Positions 1-12,457 of a stretch of 64,000 nt of DNA are shown piece by piece; the stretch's first letter is position 1, and every line of letters begins with the position of its first letter. Origin of the DNA: Hydrolagus affinis (taxonomy: Eukaryota). Made by a program: the position numbers and the translations under genes. Location of the stretch: NCBI GenBank assembly GCA_012026655.1, contig JAAILG010000762.1:1-64000 (forward strand). The letters run 5' to 3'. The notes below the pieces were generated by a model that worked only from the letters and a program-made list of their open reading frames with translations, searched no databases and had not been told where the DNA came from.

Positions 1-65
1 TGGCTCCCAGTGCAAAGACGGCTACCAGGAACAATCAGGACAAAAGTGCACAGAACAAAAAGAAG

Positions 66-335
66 CACAACAACTTGCATTTATATCATAATTATATCGC
101 CAATTCTAATTATGGGGAGTGAGTGTTGGTGAAACCTCAGGCACAGATGGAACTGGGAGATAAGCAGTGAAAGAACAGAAATGGAGGATAAAAGGTACTT
201 GGAAGCTTGTGGGAAATTACAGATCATCGGGAAGCAAACCCAGAGGTCAGCAGGAAAGTGGCAGTGAAAGGGAATGAGAGGCCCCAGCTGATAGTTTATT
301 TGGCAAGCCAAGAATGATCTTGACCAGATCCAATA
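66..335 (-). mobile_element. Highly decayed L2 LINE fragment
   Basis: Starts with the reverse complement of the L2 3' end (acaacaacttgcatttatat), followed by purine-rich sequence resembling antisense L2 ORF2. Confidence 0.4.
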
Positions 336-880
336 GTAGTGGTAGAATCATTGCTTTGGGCTTAATGGTATAGTTAATCATTAAAGATTTATAAAAACAT
401 TCAGTGAACATTTATCTTTCCTTTTTTTCATTTTGTTCTTTTATTTTTTTTAAAGTTCTATGATTATTTAACCCTCATTATTTCCTCCCTGCACTGTTCT
501 AGGTTGAGCAGATGGCATGCTAATACCATTCTATTGCGCCAGGAACACCACAAACAGGCTCTGTCAGACTGTGGAGCAGAGGGAACTGGCAGTCAGGACT
601 TACAACACATTGCTGCGGTCAAATGACCTGCTTTATCTGCCTACAAATACACAGTCACTACTTTTGCAAACTTGTGCAAACATACAAAAAACTCAGAACA
701 TGGAACAGAAAAGAGTGACAGCAAAAGAATGAAGTTTGCATCGATTTGTTGCTTTCAAGTGTCTTGGCAAAACCAAGAAGGAAATTTGAGGGCAAATAGT
801 GTGTCCCCTTACAGTCCCCATCATTCCACTTGGTCGTGAATGTTCCCCAGTTAATTTGTTGATATACTGCTAAGATGTTT

Positions 881-990
881 TAGGAACATAGGAACAGAAG
901 GACATTCAGCCTCTTGAGCCTGTTCCACCATTCTATAAGAATGTGGAGTCATGAAAAGCGCTATACCAAATGCAAGGATTATTATTACTA
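881..990. mobile_element. CR1 LINE 3' end (- strand, 881-942) abutting a SINE tail (+ strand, 943-990)
   Basis: taggaacataggaacagaaggacattcagcctcttgagcctgttccaccattc is the antisense CR1 3' terminus; it is followed by the SINE tail tgaaaagcgctataccaaatgcaaggattattatta. Confidence 0.65.
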
Positions 991-1220
991 TACTTCTCAG
1001 TAAATTCCGTGATGTTCTTTGAGAAGTTTATCAGTTATTTGGGTCTGAAAAATCTGTGACCCTTTCTGGTCAGTAATGTTCAGTGTTCATTGCTGCAAAT
1101 CCCTTTACCCATAGTACTGTATCATTTAGCTTGGAGGCCTTGAAACTGTTGTACATGATGTCATGGCTGCTTTTTCTCACACCCAGTTTCTTTGTCGTCT
1201 TTGCCCACTCCCTCAGAATC

Positions 1221-2296
1221 AATAACAACAACACCATGCAATTATATCGTGTCCCTCAGGAATTAAAGGTGGGGAAGGAGGCAGCAAGGCGGAGAGATTG
1301 AGGGAGAGAATTGCAGAATTTCGATGCATACGGCATCAATGATTGAGCGGAGGGGATGGTGGACAAACAGGAGGCCGGAGCCAGCCGATTTAAGTGGGGT
1401 AGTGGAGTGGGGTTTAAACAGGGAGGTGTGAGGGAATGAATGGATTTGGAAATGAATGAGAGGATCTTGAAATTGAGCTAGTGGAGTCTGATAAGGACTG
1501 GTGTGAATGGGGATACAGAGTTTTGTAGGGTGAGTATCTGGGACATGGAGGTTTGAATCAATTGGATTTTCTGTATGGTGGAGCTAGGGAGACCAGCGAG
1601 GAGGGCATTGGAATAGTCCAGCTGGGAAGTGACGAAGGCATGGATGGACGAGAGTTTCAGCTGAATTGGTTGTAAGATATGGATGGAGGGCAGTAATGTG
1701 GAGGAGTTACGAAGAAGCAGTCCTAGTCTGGCAGAAAGGCAACCTTGCGATCAAACCTGTCACCTATATTACACATGGGTTTGGTGAGTCTGAGGGAAAG
1801 CTCAAGGAGGTTGAGAACTTTAGCTCCACAGGAGAGAAGACGTTGATGGGAGCCAAAGAGTATGGCTTCCATCTTGCCGACATTGTGGTGTCCTACAGCT
1901 CAGTGGTTAGAGCACTCGGCTTACCAGCAAGAGACCTGGGTTCAATTCCAGGCAGGGCAAAACCTTGGGCAAGTTTCCTTACTCTACACGCCTAACAATA
2001 ATCCCTCAAAAAAAACAATAATGAAAGGGTCATTTCAATCCACAACTGTTTGTGGGATACTCCTTTGCACAATCGGCTGCAGTGTTTCACTCACATATAT
2101 ACAGTACAGTCAATTCACTTTACAGTACTGTATATTCTGTGAAGCACTTTGAGATGTCTGGAAGTTATGAAAAGCGCTATATCAAATGCAAAGATTATTA
2201 TTCAACTGCAGGAAATTTATGTCCATCCAGGCCTTGATGTCCGTCAAACAAGCTGACAGGACATTAACGTACTTGGAGTCACAGCTGGAGGAGGAA
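1221..2296 (-). mobile_element. 5'-truncated L2 LINE fragment interrupted by a SINE at 1885-2202
   Basis: (CAA)n tail at 1221; colinear with the better L2 copy at 33851-34906. The sequence ggcttccatcttgccgacatt | caactgcaggaaattt rejoins across the SINE (compare 34658-34693). Confidence 0.85.
1885..2202 (+). mobile_element. Full-length tRNA-derived SINE, short (CORE-deleted) form
   Basis: Head gtggtgtcctacagctcagtggttagagcact (A box) and gggttcaattcc (B box), then ccttgggcaagtttccttactc, body tgtttgtgggatact, and tail aaagcgctatatcaaatgcaaagattattatt. Confidence 0.9.
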
Positions 2297-2577
2297 TAAA
2301 TTGACTTTTAAAAGAAAAACAAATTGCAGTAATCAAGCATTCAAAAATCCATTGTTGCTAAATGATCTGTTCCAAAACTACAGTTCACAGTGAGAAATCA
2401 ATGCCTAGCTACGTGCATTGAAGTAGTACACTGTAAAGCTCAGCACAGTGTAGTATTTTCATTTTTAATACATTGTCAGAGAGGCTGCCAGTGAGATATT
2501 GGAAAGTCTCTAATACCTAAGTCCTAGTGAAGAAGAACATTGCTTGATTCTCTCTTTTCATGAGTAGGGATGTTATA

Positions 2578-2845
2578 GTGTGAAATATGGGCAAGTTTCC
2601 TTACTCTGTTTACCTAGCAGTATGTAGGAAGCTGGTTGTTAGTCGATTGTCGTATCACTTTTCAAGAGTAATAATTCTTTCAAACAAATATTTTAAATTG
2701 GTTGCTTCAATCCACAGCTGTTTGTGGGATACTGTTTTGTCAAATAGCTGCCACATTTCACCCACAAAACATAAAGAGAATTTACATGATGTATATTGGG
2801 TGAAGCGCTTTGAGATGGCTCAAAGATATGATAAGATACTATAAG
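2578..2845 (+). mobile_element. 5'-truncated SINE, long form with CORE-like domain
   Basis: gggcaagtttccttactctgtttacctagcagtatgtaggaagctggttgttagtcgattg followed by the shared body and tail. Confidence 0.8.
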
Positions 2846-3529
2846 TTGCCTTCTGTTTCTCCCTCATCTCCTCTGCTCTACCAAAACGTTGTTGATACCA
2901 TTACTATGTCTAATAAGTCTTAAACAAATCAAATGCTTTTTGTTCATTAATAGGGTAGATATCATGAATTTTCGTCACCTTGTATGTTGTTTGAGGAACA
3001 CACAACATAAATTAAATGTTATGAATTGTTTTAGCACATCAGAATATCGGTTTACACTTTAAGAGTGTGTGTTTAGTTGAAGATGTAACTGGTATATATG
3101 GTATTTTATTAAATTTGTTTTCCCCTTCTATAAAAATCAAAGGAAACTAACTTTGAATGTCACTTTGACTTTAGAGTGTTACCTTGCACATCTCACACTC
3201 ACGTATCCAATGCTCATTCGCCACTCGAGGAGAAAATACTAAGCGAGGAACCAACTGCTCTCAGCAAGAGGTAGCAAGTTGATATTTCAATCTGTTGTAT
3301 GGTCTGAGCAGCTGTTCCTGAAACATAATTCCAGGTAAAAGCAAAGCTTTTTCTAACCAAGGACATTTTTTTAATGCCAGCTAATGATATATTCTCTTTA
3401 TACCATTTCCGCCAGGGACAGTAATCAGAAATAAACGTGTAAATCAGATGGAATATATCTGGCTGAGGCACCACTCATGGTCTGTGGGGATAGCTCAGTA
3501 CCATACACCCAGTGGAAAAGTCGAAAAAG

Positions 3530-3985
3530 CCTCTTTTTGCTGGGGAGTGGGGCTGGGGGATGGAGTTCCAGAGTGTGGGAGCAAAGAGGCTGAAAGCCCA
3601 GCCACCTACCACTAATGATAGGGCGGTTCGGGCAGGGGACATGGAGCAGATCAGAGCCCGCTGAACAGAGGGGTGGGCAGGTTGATAGAGAGACAGCAGG
3701 TCAGAGAGATAGGCGGGGGCAAGGCCGTGAATGGCCTTGAAAGTGAGGATGAGGATCTTTAATTCAATCCTCTGGGGGATGGGGAGCCAGTGGAGACAGG
3801 CGAGGATGGGAGTGATGTGGTCGTGGAGCCTAGTGTGGGAGAGTACATGAGTTGCAGAGTTCTAAATAATCTGCAGTTTGTGAAGGGAGGAGCTGGGGAG
3901 GCCAATGAGGAGAGAGTTCCCGTAGTCGAGCCTAGATGTGATGAATGCCTGGACAAGTGTCTCGGCAACATGGGGGGGGGTGACT
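3530..3985 (-). mobile_element. L2 LINE ORF2 C-terminal fragment
   Basis: Minus-strand translation AETLVQAFITSRLDYGNSLLIGLPSSSLHKLQ, followed by sequence encoding HITPILACLHWLPIPQRI; both are typical L2-clade ORF2 motifs. Confidence 0.9.
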
Positions 3986-4225
3986 ATCTGATACATGCAT
4001 AAACCCATCACTGAAGTTAAGAATATCAAAACCAAACTGAGAGTTCCATTCATCCCGCCTATACCTGAAAATTCCAGAGATGTTTATTGGAATGGATCTC
4101 ACACTCTGGAGGAATACATCCTGCTTACCTAATTCTGGTCAATATTAGGCAAGAGCTGAGGCTTGGGGAGCCCTAGAGCATTGGGGCACTGCTGGAATCT
4201 AACCAGCTAAAACCACATAACTTGC

Positions 4226-4325
4226 CATTGTCCGGCAAGCTTTCCTACTACTTGTCCAGCTCAGACCACCCTGCCCACTAGGTCTTTGGCTTCAGGGATA
4301 ACGGGAGCTGGGTGGGAAGAGTCTC
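4226..4325 (-). repeat. Unclassified interspersed repeat, copy 1
   Basis: Reverse complement aligns over about 100 bp with 47021-47120 (cagctcccgtt...aagccaaag...tgggYRgggtgg...agctRgacaagYagt). Confidence 0.75.
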
Positions 4326-4354
4326 TAATTATCACGAACAATGGAAAGGCACAT

Positions 4355-4612
4355 GACTATATTAGTGAGAGGAATTTGAGGTCATGTGGTAAGTGACTAT
4401 GTGAGTGAGTGCCAGGTGAGATCCTTTATGAGTGATTGTTTGAATGAGAGATAACCTAGGTACAGTGATTGGTTGAGTGACTGTGAGTGAGAGACAAATT
4501 AGGTCACTCAGTGAGTGACTGTTCATGAATGACAGACTAGATCACTGAGTGAGACAGTGAGTGAAAAAAAGACCAGATCATTGAGTGACTGAATGACTAT
4601 TGTGTCTATGGG
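4355..4612. repeat. Degenerate minisatellite, unit about 35-40 bp, rich in GTGAGTGA
   Basis: Recurring unit like agRtcactNagtgagtgactgtgagtgagagaca, about 6-7 imperfect copies. Confidence 0.65.
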
Positions 4613-7600
4613 TGAATACATTACTCTGGTTGCCCATTCATGTCTCACCTTTTACAATCCAATCCTCACAGAAACTCTTTTATTTTCTGTCAGGACCTTT
4701 ATAGTGAATTAGAAAAATAGCACCTGTATTTTTGATACCTTTGTCCCCTGGGAGAGATACAAATAATGAAGTATTACAACTGTATTATTAATGTCCAATG
4801 TGAAACAGGGAGAAATATATCTTTGACAATCATCATCTACATTTCAAAGCCATATCTACATGAAATTCTAGCACTCAGATTAATGCATTAGCTGGCTAGC
4901 TAAACTACTTAGCATTTGATAGAATTTTGTTGTTATACAATATCTCTACTTATTACTCTGTGATGCACTTTTCACACTGTGTCTGTTGCATTTATCAATG
5001 ACATATTGACTATGTTCTGCATTTTATGATATCCTGCTTGATCTGAAATTGCATTCTGCTGCACAGTATCAGAAAGACTAACAAAAGGAGATTGGGGTAA
5101 ATCGTTTAATAAGTTATTAACACAGAAGCTTGACAGACATATAAGGAATCAACATTCCTCTCACCATTAAAAGCAGGGGTTAAGTCTTTGAATAAACTTT
5201 TCAGGGGAATGTTATCAAAAGACATAATCGGCAAACATTACAAGAAATGATGGAGTGAATAATAATCCTTGCATTTAATATATCACCTTCCACATCAGGA
5301 AGAAGCACTTCACATATATAGTAAAGTGAAAATACTGTACAGTAATGTAAAAATATAGTATAGTGACTGTGCATTCTGTGGCCATTTGATGTGGTAGTTA
5401 TCTAACTAACTAAGGTGCATGAGGGGTAAACCAGAGTGAGAGGTAGTGGCAGTCAGGAGAGATAGATGGAGTATACAGCGACAACACAAAATTGTCTGTG
5501 TCACATTTAGTTCTGAAAGGTTAATATAGTTATAAATTAAGTGCTCTGGATACTGTTTTTCTACACATTCTATTTAAAACTCGTTACCAGTCTTTACAGC
5601 GGTGCACTGGAATCTTTATGGATCTCACGTTGATATTCAATCCTCAGTAACTAACAAAAAGTCATGCACTTGGATCAATTGCCCCATCAGTATCCACTTA
5701 GATAATCCATTCTAGATTATAATTCAAGATCGCCATTAAGGAACAATATTTTTAAGCAGATACAGTAGCAAGTTTGCAAACCTTCAATGTATTTTTAAAC
5801 ATGGCAATAATTTATACTTGATCAATACCTTGTCAGACACCTTGAAAGATTTGTAACCCTCAAATTATATGCAAAAAATGTTTTATAGTTGCAATTTTGT
5901 TTTTCGGCCAATAAAAGTGTTACTGCCTTTTTAAAATACTCGTTGTCTATACTCTTGACAACCAGTTACTAAGCATAAGACTGTTCCGTCCCCTGGGTAT
6001 AGAATTTCCACTTGCAGAGGTCATTCGGAGAGAAGATGGAAAAAAATCCTTAATAAAATGTTGGTAGAAGCCACAGGTGGGAAATAACGAAGATCTTGTG
6101 ACCTGTAATCTTCCACTATCTTGACTCACTTTCAGAGCGTGCAGTTGTCAGACCTGAAATTAGACATCAGCCAGCGAGTCTTCTGCTTGGAAGGCAGTCA
6201 TCATTTCAAACACACTGTGAATAAAGGATGCAAGCTTGGCTCTTACATGCTGCGAAGAATGTTTTTTAGATACAATATGTTGCATATGTCTGCTCACGAC
6301 TGGAAAATAAAAATGCTTTTAACGTTCTGTAGAGGATTCTTTATAAGAACAATATGACTCTTTTGGCACAGTCCTCCATATTTATCCAACAAAGTTTGGT
6401 TTGAAAGGTTTATGAGTAAGGTAAAAAGCGATAATTATATTGAAGTTTTGCTTTGCTAATGGGCTTGTTTGTCTGAAATAAACCTTTGGAATTCTAATGC
6501 AGCTCTAGGGGTAAGACATTTAACAGACTTTTACAGCGCAGAGTGAAACAAGTTTGTGAGTTGGAATTCAATTGTGTAGTATTGATTCCCAACATCAGTC
6601 ATTATTCCAGCCTGATTGACAGCTGAAAATTGGTTACGTTAAGTATTTCATATGTTATATTGGCTGACATTTGCTTGCCTGCTCCTGTGTCAATATTGTT
6701 GTAGAGATCTCAAGCTTTATGAGATAGCAATATACACTGACTGTGGCTTCTGTGTGATGTTCCAGTGTTTTTCTGACATAATTTAAGATATATTAAAAAC
6801 CAGCAGCATCTTCCCTCTTGAGGAACTTAATGCCAATATTATTGTCTTCCACGGGAAGATCATGTATGCTCATAATCGGGTGCTAATTTCCACCTGCACG
6901 CTCATGTTTAGGCATTAGGTGCTCTAACTGTAAAATTGAGCTTGCTTGATTGATTCATGTCAAGCATCATCTCTGCTCCTGCAGGGGAAGTCATCGAAAT
7001 GACCCTTTTAAACTAGGAAAAGAGATTTGTGTTCTTTTTTTCACCTGGAACCATCAAATTGACTGAATAATCTGTAATACATTAGCACTGGCATTTGTTA
7101 GGCAGGAATTAAACATGATACAATCAGAATTCTCAAATATGTCTCCCTTCGATCTATAGCCTAATTGTATTAAAGGAACAATAAGCTTTTCTTAACACTA
7201 CACGGGTCTTGCTGAATAATTATAAGGGGATTTAGCATCCTTCTTCCACCCACCTAACTCTTTTAAACATTACCAATATTCACACATTTATGAAAGTGAA
7301 ATCTAAATATGATGCCTTCTATTAATTTTGCTCTGAAAATCTGGAAAGATATTACAAATGAGAAAAAAAAGGCCCATTCAATATTATTATAAGTGGTGAT
7401 AGATAAGGCATTGAAAGTTGCATTTTTTTTAAAAAAAATCTTAAAATGAGTAGTAACAAAAATACGATGAGATTTGCTTCCATAGACGCATTTAAATCCA
7501 AATCATGCTTTAATTACTATCTATACATTTTCCTTAAATTAATAATATTTGTAATAATAATTGTTGGTGCATTTTACGGTTTTGTTCCTTGTTCAAAAAT

Positions 7601-8585
7601 TCTGATTTTAATTTAAGAAAACAGGTGCTAGTTGTCCAGTTAAATGTTAGCTATTACATTTGTGTGCCAGTTTTGTTGTATTGTAAGTGTAATCTATGTG
7701 CCTTGTGCACCATAAATATTCATTACACAACTGTAACCTTCCAGGAACTACGAAGCTTCATGAATACGAAAATACATGGTTTGGCTTTACCTATAATTTA
7801 GCTGCAAACCACCACAGTAATAGGGTATATGAGGTAAAATTACACCCAGTTGCTTCTACAAGACAATTTGCTTTGTTTTACTCCATATAATCACTCTGAG
7901 AGTAAAGCTGCCTGCAGCTATCAGTGGGCTAAGAGTTGAATGTCCATCCACTGTGTATCACCTGCTAAAGCAAGGAATCTCTAAAGCCTGGTCACATTAT
8001 GCATGGGTGGCCCTTTGTTTGTGTCAGACAAAGCAAAAAATCCTTAGGATTACTTTAAGGTATCATATGTCGCACAACACGTAGTTTGCCATTATTCTTT
8101 GCTAAACCATATAGCGATTCCCTGGGGAGGGGAATGAAAGTGCATCCAATTTGGAGTGGGTAGCTACTATTAAAGATTTATGCAAGCCTGAATTATTTGG
8201 TTTTAAACTACACTTTAATGAGAGAGTGTGTTTTTTTCCACAATGCTACGCTAAGTGAAGTAGATAGCATCATTGGTAATCCGGGGGCTTAGTTGCAGGA
8301 TTCTAAATGGCTACGAATTAAGGGGAGTATGCACATGTTGTTTGATTTTTTTTCTGCTCCTGTTTTAAAACCCACCCAAGATGGTTGAGCAAGTGCTCAA
8401 ACATGTTTGACTTCCTTTTAATAATGGCATCAAACAAACATCAATCTCAAATCCTCAATTGCATAGTTTATAAATCTGCAAATCGAGCTACATATGATTG
8501 TTCCTTAGTGATAAAACTTTTATCTTTGCCTACAAATGCAGTCTTTTATGTATTGATTTCTGGGCATAATAGTTTATAACAGTTT

Positions 8586-8815
8586 GGCAAAACCTTAAGC
8601 AAGTTTCCTTACTCCACTGCTTCTGTTTATTGAGCGGTAAGTAGGAACCCGATTATTAGTTGATTGGCAAATCGCTTTCCAGAGGCAATAATCCCGCAAA
8701 AAAAATAATTTTGATCACTCAATCCACAACTGTTTGAGGAACATTGATATGCACATTTAGCTGCCCCATTTCGCCCACAAAATACACAGTGAATCCACTT
8801 TACAATATATCCTAC
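8586..8815 (+). mobile_element. 5'-truncated SINE, long CORE form
   Basis: ggcaaaaccttaagcaagtttccttactccactgcttctgtttattgagcggtaagtaggaacccgattattagttgattggc plus the shared body. Confidence 0.8.
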
Positions 8816-9676
8816 ATACAATGAGAAGTAACGTTGAATTGGTAATTAAAGACAACAGCATTGCTTTAACTGAATGCTTTTCTCTGAACTCTTAGGAACT
8901 TGTGATCCTGGAATTCACCATTTTGCAAAATCTACTTTTCTTCTTAAGAATTGTCGATTCTTACATTCAGTCTTAATCTGGAAGACAGTTTTCTGCAGTT
9001 CTTAAAAAGTTCAAGAATTTTGCATGATTCTATGAGATCTTTAAATCTATGACAAAATGACCCTGCACATTACAACCAGATGGAATTTTAGATCTCAGCT
9101 TGCTATATATTGTCTCGTATTTAATCCAAGCACTATGTCTTACCTTACAAATTTTATCACGATTTCTGAATTGAATGCTGTTTATAACCTTGTTGACTAT
9201 GTTAATTTTCTTTTACCACAACATTGCAGGAAATAGTACTTGAAATTGGGAGAAAAATTTGCAAATGAGGAGACGTTGCCTTGTCTCATTTTGCCCATGC
9301 AAGTCTGCACATATATATATAGTGACAAAACACACACAAATATGAATAGATTTCAGCATAATAAATATCCAAACTCTTAAATGTGACGCTGACTGAACAG
9401 TTTGTTTTAAAAATGTTAAGTTATACTTCATCCCCTGGATCATGCTGCCATTAGGTTTATGGTTCAGATAGTGAAAATAAATCGTTATACTAGATAACGA
9501 TGGCATAAATAGATGGTTACTTTCCCCTTATGCTTTACCATGATGGAAATTCAGCACCTGTCAGATAAACACACCTTCCCTATTTTATTGTCTATTCTTC
9601 ACCTGACGGCCAGAATTGTGAAGTTTCATAACTACACCTTTCAATTGCTTCTTCTTAAAACTTAGATAACAAAAAA

Positions 9677-9704
9677 ATTTGCATGACTGCTGTTGCCTAG
9701 CAAC
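9677..9704. promoter_or_regulatory. Octamer (POU) site next to a consensus RFX X-box; candidate enhancer
   Basis: ATTTGCAT at 9677-9684 and the near-palindromic X-box GTTGCCTAGCAAC at 9692-9704, in unique sequence. Confidence 0.4.
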
Positions 9705-10888
9705 CGAGATCTGAGCACTGGGTCAAACAAGTTGCTTTCAGTTCCTCAAGATGCCGAGAAAGCATCTCCACTGATCCCCTGGCATAGTGGCAATTCATTT
9801 CATATGATCTTGGGAAGAGCCTGTATTGACAATTTTCAGTGCATTTGACCTGTACATATTATTCCAAGTTAACTTATCATGAAATAATATAATATACGCG
9901 CTCAACCAGGAGGCTACTCGAGTGAGGTGCCCCTTACGTAACCCACCAGCACAACAGTTAAACAGTTGGTTGACACACAACTCATGTTTCCAAAGGCGGG
10001 ATTCAAAACTCAATCCCATTGCTCGTTGACAAGAAACCATTTGGAGGATGGAGTATTACATTATATATTCATCACACTGAATACCACACTTACAAACACC
10101 CATACTAACTTGAATGCATATCTGGATGACTGAGAGTGAGGTGGGGGTGGGTGGGGGGCGGAGTCAAGTTTGTAAGTTCTGTTGAATGTATTGATTATTC
10201 TTATACTACCTCAATGATACTGATTCATTGTTCCCATTCTTGCCTGTTTGTTTCCAAACCTCAGGCACACTCCAACTGAGTGACGCGAGTTGTGATATGG
10301 TGCTCTCCATTTAAATGTCATCCGGCATTCATATAAAAACACGTGTGAAATTTCAAAGCTACCTGTATTTAGAAACTGCTGAATGACCACTTAGGGAGCG
10401 TTACCATTTGGACCCACTGTCAACAAATGCCTCTAGCTAACTAACAGGTGATAGTATCATTCAACAGAAGAAACTGGACACTCATCCCTTCACTGTGTGA
10501 CATACTGAACAGGACTTAGCTCACCGAATGGGTATCTGAAACAATCAAGATCTGATTCTGACAAGACATGCATGAAGACGTGAAGCTTTTATTAATTTGC
10601 TGAAAACATGTGGAACACATCTTTGAAAAGCTCAGAACCAAACAAGCAGTTCACGTCATCAAAACTAAAATATATTGTGCTAAATCAAGTTTGTGTGCGT
10701 GAGGAGACATGATGTGGCATTAGGGATGAGATTATAGGTGTAATTTTCCATCACGGCTCATTTGCAGCTTGGCAAGAATAAGCAAACAAACATCTGCTTT
10801 AGGAAACAATTCACTAGTTATTAGTTATTATGCAGAGGGACAAGATACTTTTACAGTCTCCAAGTTATTTAAAATGTGTGAGGGATAG

Positions 10889-11780
10889 ATAATAATAATC
10901 CTTGCATATGATATAGCACTTTTCTTAAAATATCACATCTTATCGATGTCTCAAAGCGCTTCACAGAATATACTGTAAAGTGAATTGTCTGTATATTTGT
11001 GGGCGAAACAGATGGCAATATGTTTCATAATGTCGGCCGATAACACAAATTTGTGCTTTGATGTAGGATGTGATTTGAAGCACTTTGTGATGTCCTCCTG
11101 ATGTGAAAGGTACTATACTATACTATACAAGTATATTATTACAGTGGCTGTGAATCTTTTACCCTTAATTCTTAATTGAAAGTCTTAAGATTGGGGTTTA
11201 TGTTTTAGTTTTTAATTAAGGTACCCAATTTGGTGTGAGGGAACACAGGTCAGAATACCAAGAACTCCGCTACTTTAAGGCGTATTTGCACTTTTGCATG
11301 TATTTCCAGCATTGTGTATATGACTTTCATTTTATAGACTCAATCTTGTTGATGTCTTGATTCGCCCACAAATATATAGTCAAGTCACTTTACAGTATAT
11401 TCTGTGAAGCGCTTTGGGACGTTGATAAGATGTGGAAAGCGCTATATCAAATGCAAGGATTATTATTATTATTAATGCAGAAAGACTAAACAGTTGTGGC
11501 TGTGCCCACTGAATCTATAATCGAGGGAGAAACTTTGGGCAAGTTTCCTTACTCTACATGCCTAATAATAAATAGTCCCTCGAAAATAAAAAACACAATA
11601 ATAAAATTGATCACTTCAATCCACGACTGTTTGTGGGACACTGCTGTACGCAATTGGCTGTCACATTTCGCTCATGCATATACAGTCAATTCACTCTACA
11701 GTATTTTCTGTGAAGCGCTTTGAGACATCTAGAAGACGTGAAAAGCGCTATATCAAATACAAGGATTATTATTGTTGTTG
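10889..11780. mobile_element. Cluster of SINE fragments: 10889-11015 (-), 11360-11473 (+), 11524-11780 (+)
   Basis: Repeated family tail (cccacaaatatacagtcaattcactttacagtatattctgtgaagcgctttgagac...gcaaggattattatt) in both orientations. Confidence 0.85.
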
Positions 11781-12064
11781 TTATAACATATTTCCATGCA
11801 GTATTTTAATTGTTAGGTAATTTGGAAATGTCCTTTCCACTCTAAAGCCTCTCCTTTCCTGAAGGCATCAATTCTTGCAATTCAATGGCTTCTCACCAGT
11901 ATTTCACAAAGTGGACATGCTTCATCTGTCAGCTGGACAGTGGGGTTATTTGACTGTAAGGAGGATCACAGCTATTACAATCCTGCCCTTGTCTATACAT
12001 ACATTTAGTAATGAAGGTGAGACAAGGAGAGATAATAGAGAGAAAATAGATAAACTCTAGCCCA

Positions 12065-12420
12065 GTAACAATGCCACTATTTGAACCTCAGCTGGAACAT
12101 TGCTGGTCACAGTATTGTGGTAAAAATATCTTGCAATTTGTAGGGTTACAGAGAAGGCCAACTAGATGGATCGTAAAATCAAAAGATTGGTTTGAATAAG
12201 AAGGACATTTGGCCCACTTGATCTCATCCTTTGAAAAGATCTGCCATACCATCCTCCCATCACAGCATCAAGCTGCTTTTTAAATTAGTTCAGTGTCGGC
12301 CTCCGCCACTCTTCCTGACAATTTAATCTAGTTGTCCCTTGGAGTTGGAATAAGACTTGAGCTAAGAGGAATGAATCACTTTCACACCAGCCTTGGCTTA
12401 ATGATTGGACCCAGTTATCT
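12065..12420. mobile_element. Decayed CR1 LINE fragments (+ ORF2 end about 12065-12180; - 3' end about 12195-12420)
   Basis: cctcagctggaacattg...gggttacagagaaggccaactagatggat resembles the CR1 PHLEYC...RVQRRATRMI region; the rest resembles an antisense CR1 3' end. Confidence 0.5.
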
Positions 12421-12457
12421 GTTTCATTGATGTTTGTTATTGGTATTAGTTCTGATA

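Noticed and set aside
943-990. Apparent head-to-tail mini-SINE (gtggagtc joined to tail)
   Set aside because: gtggagtcatgaaaagcg is adequately explained as a diverged tail alone (compare 2158-2176).
10139-10161. G-quadruplex-like G runs (also near 3542, 45318, 62772)
   Set aside because: Isolated short G tracts with no promoter or other supporting context.
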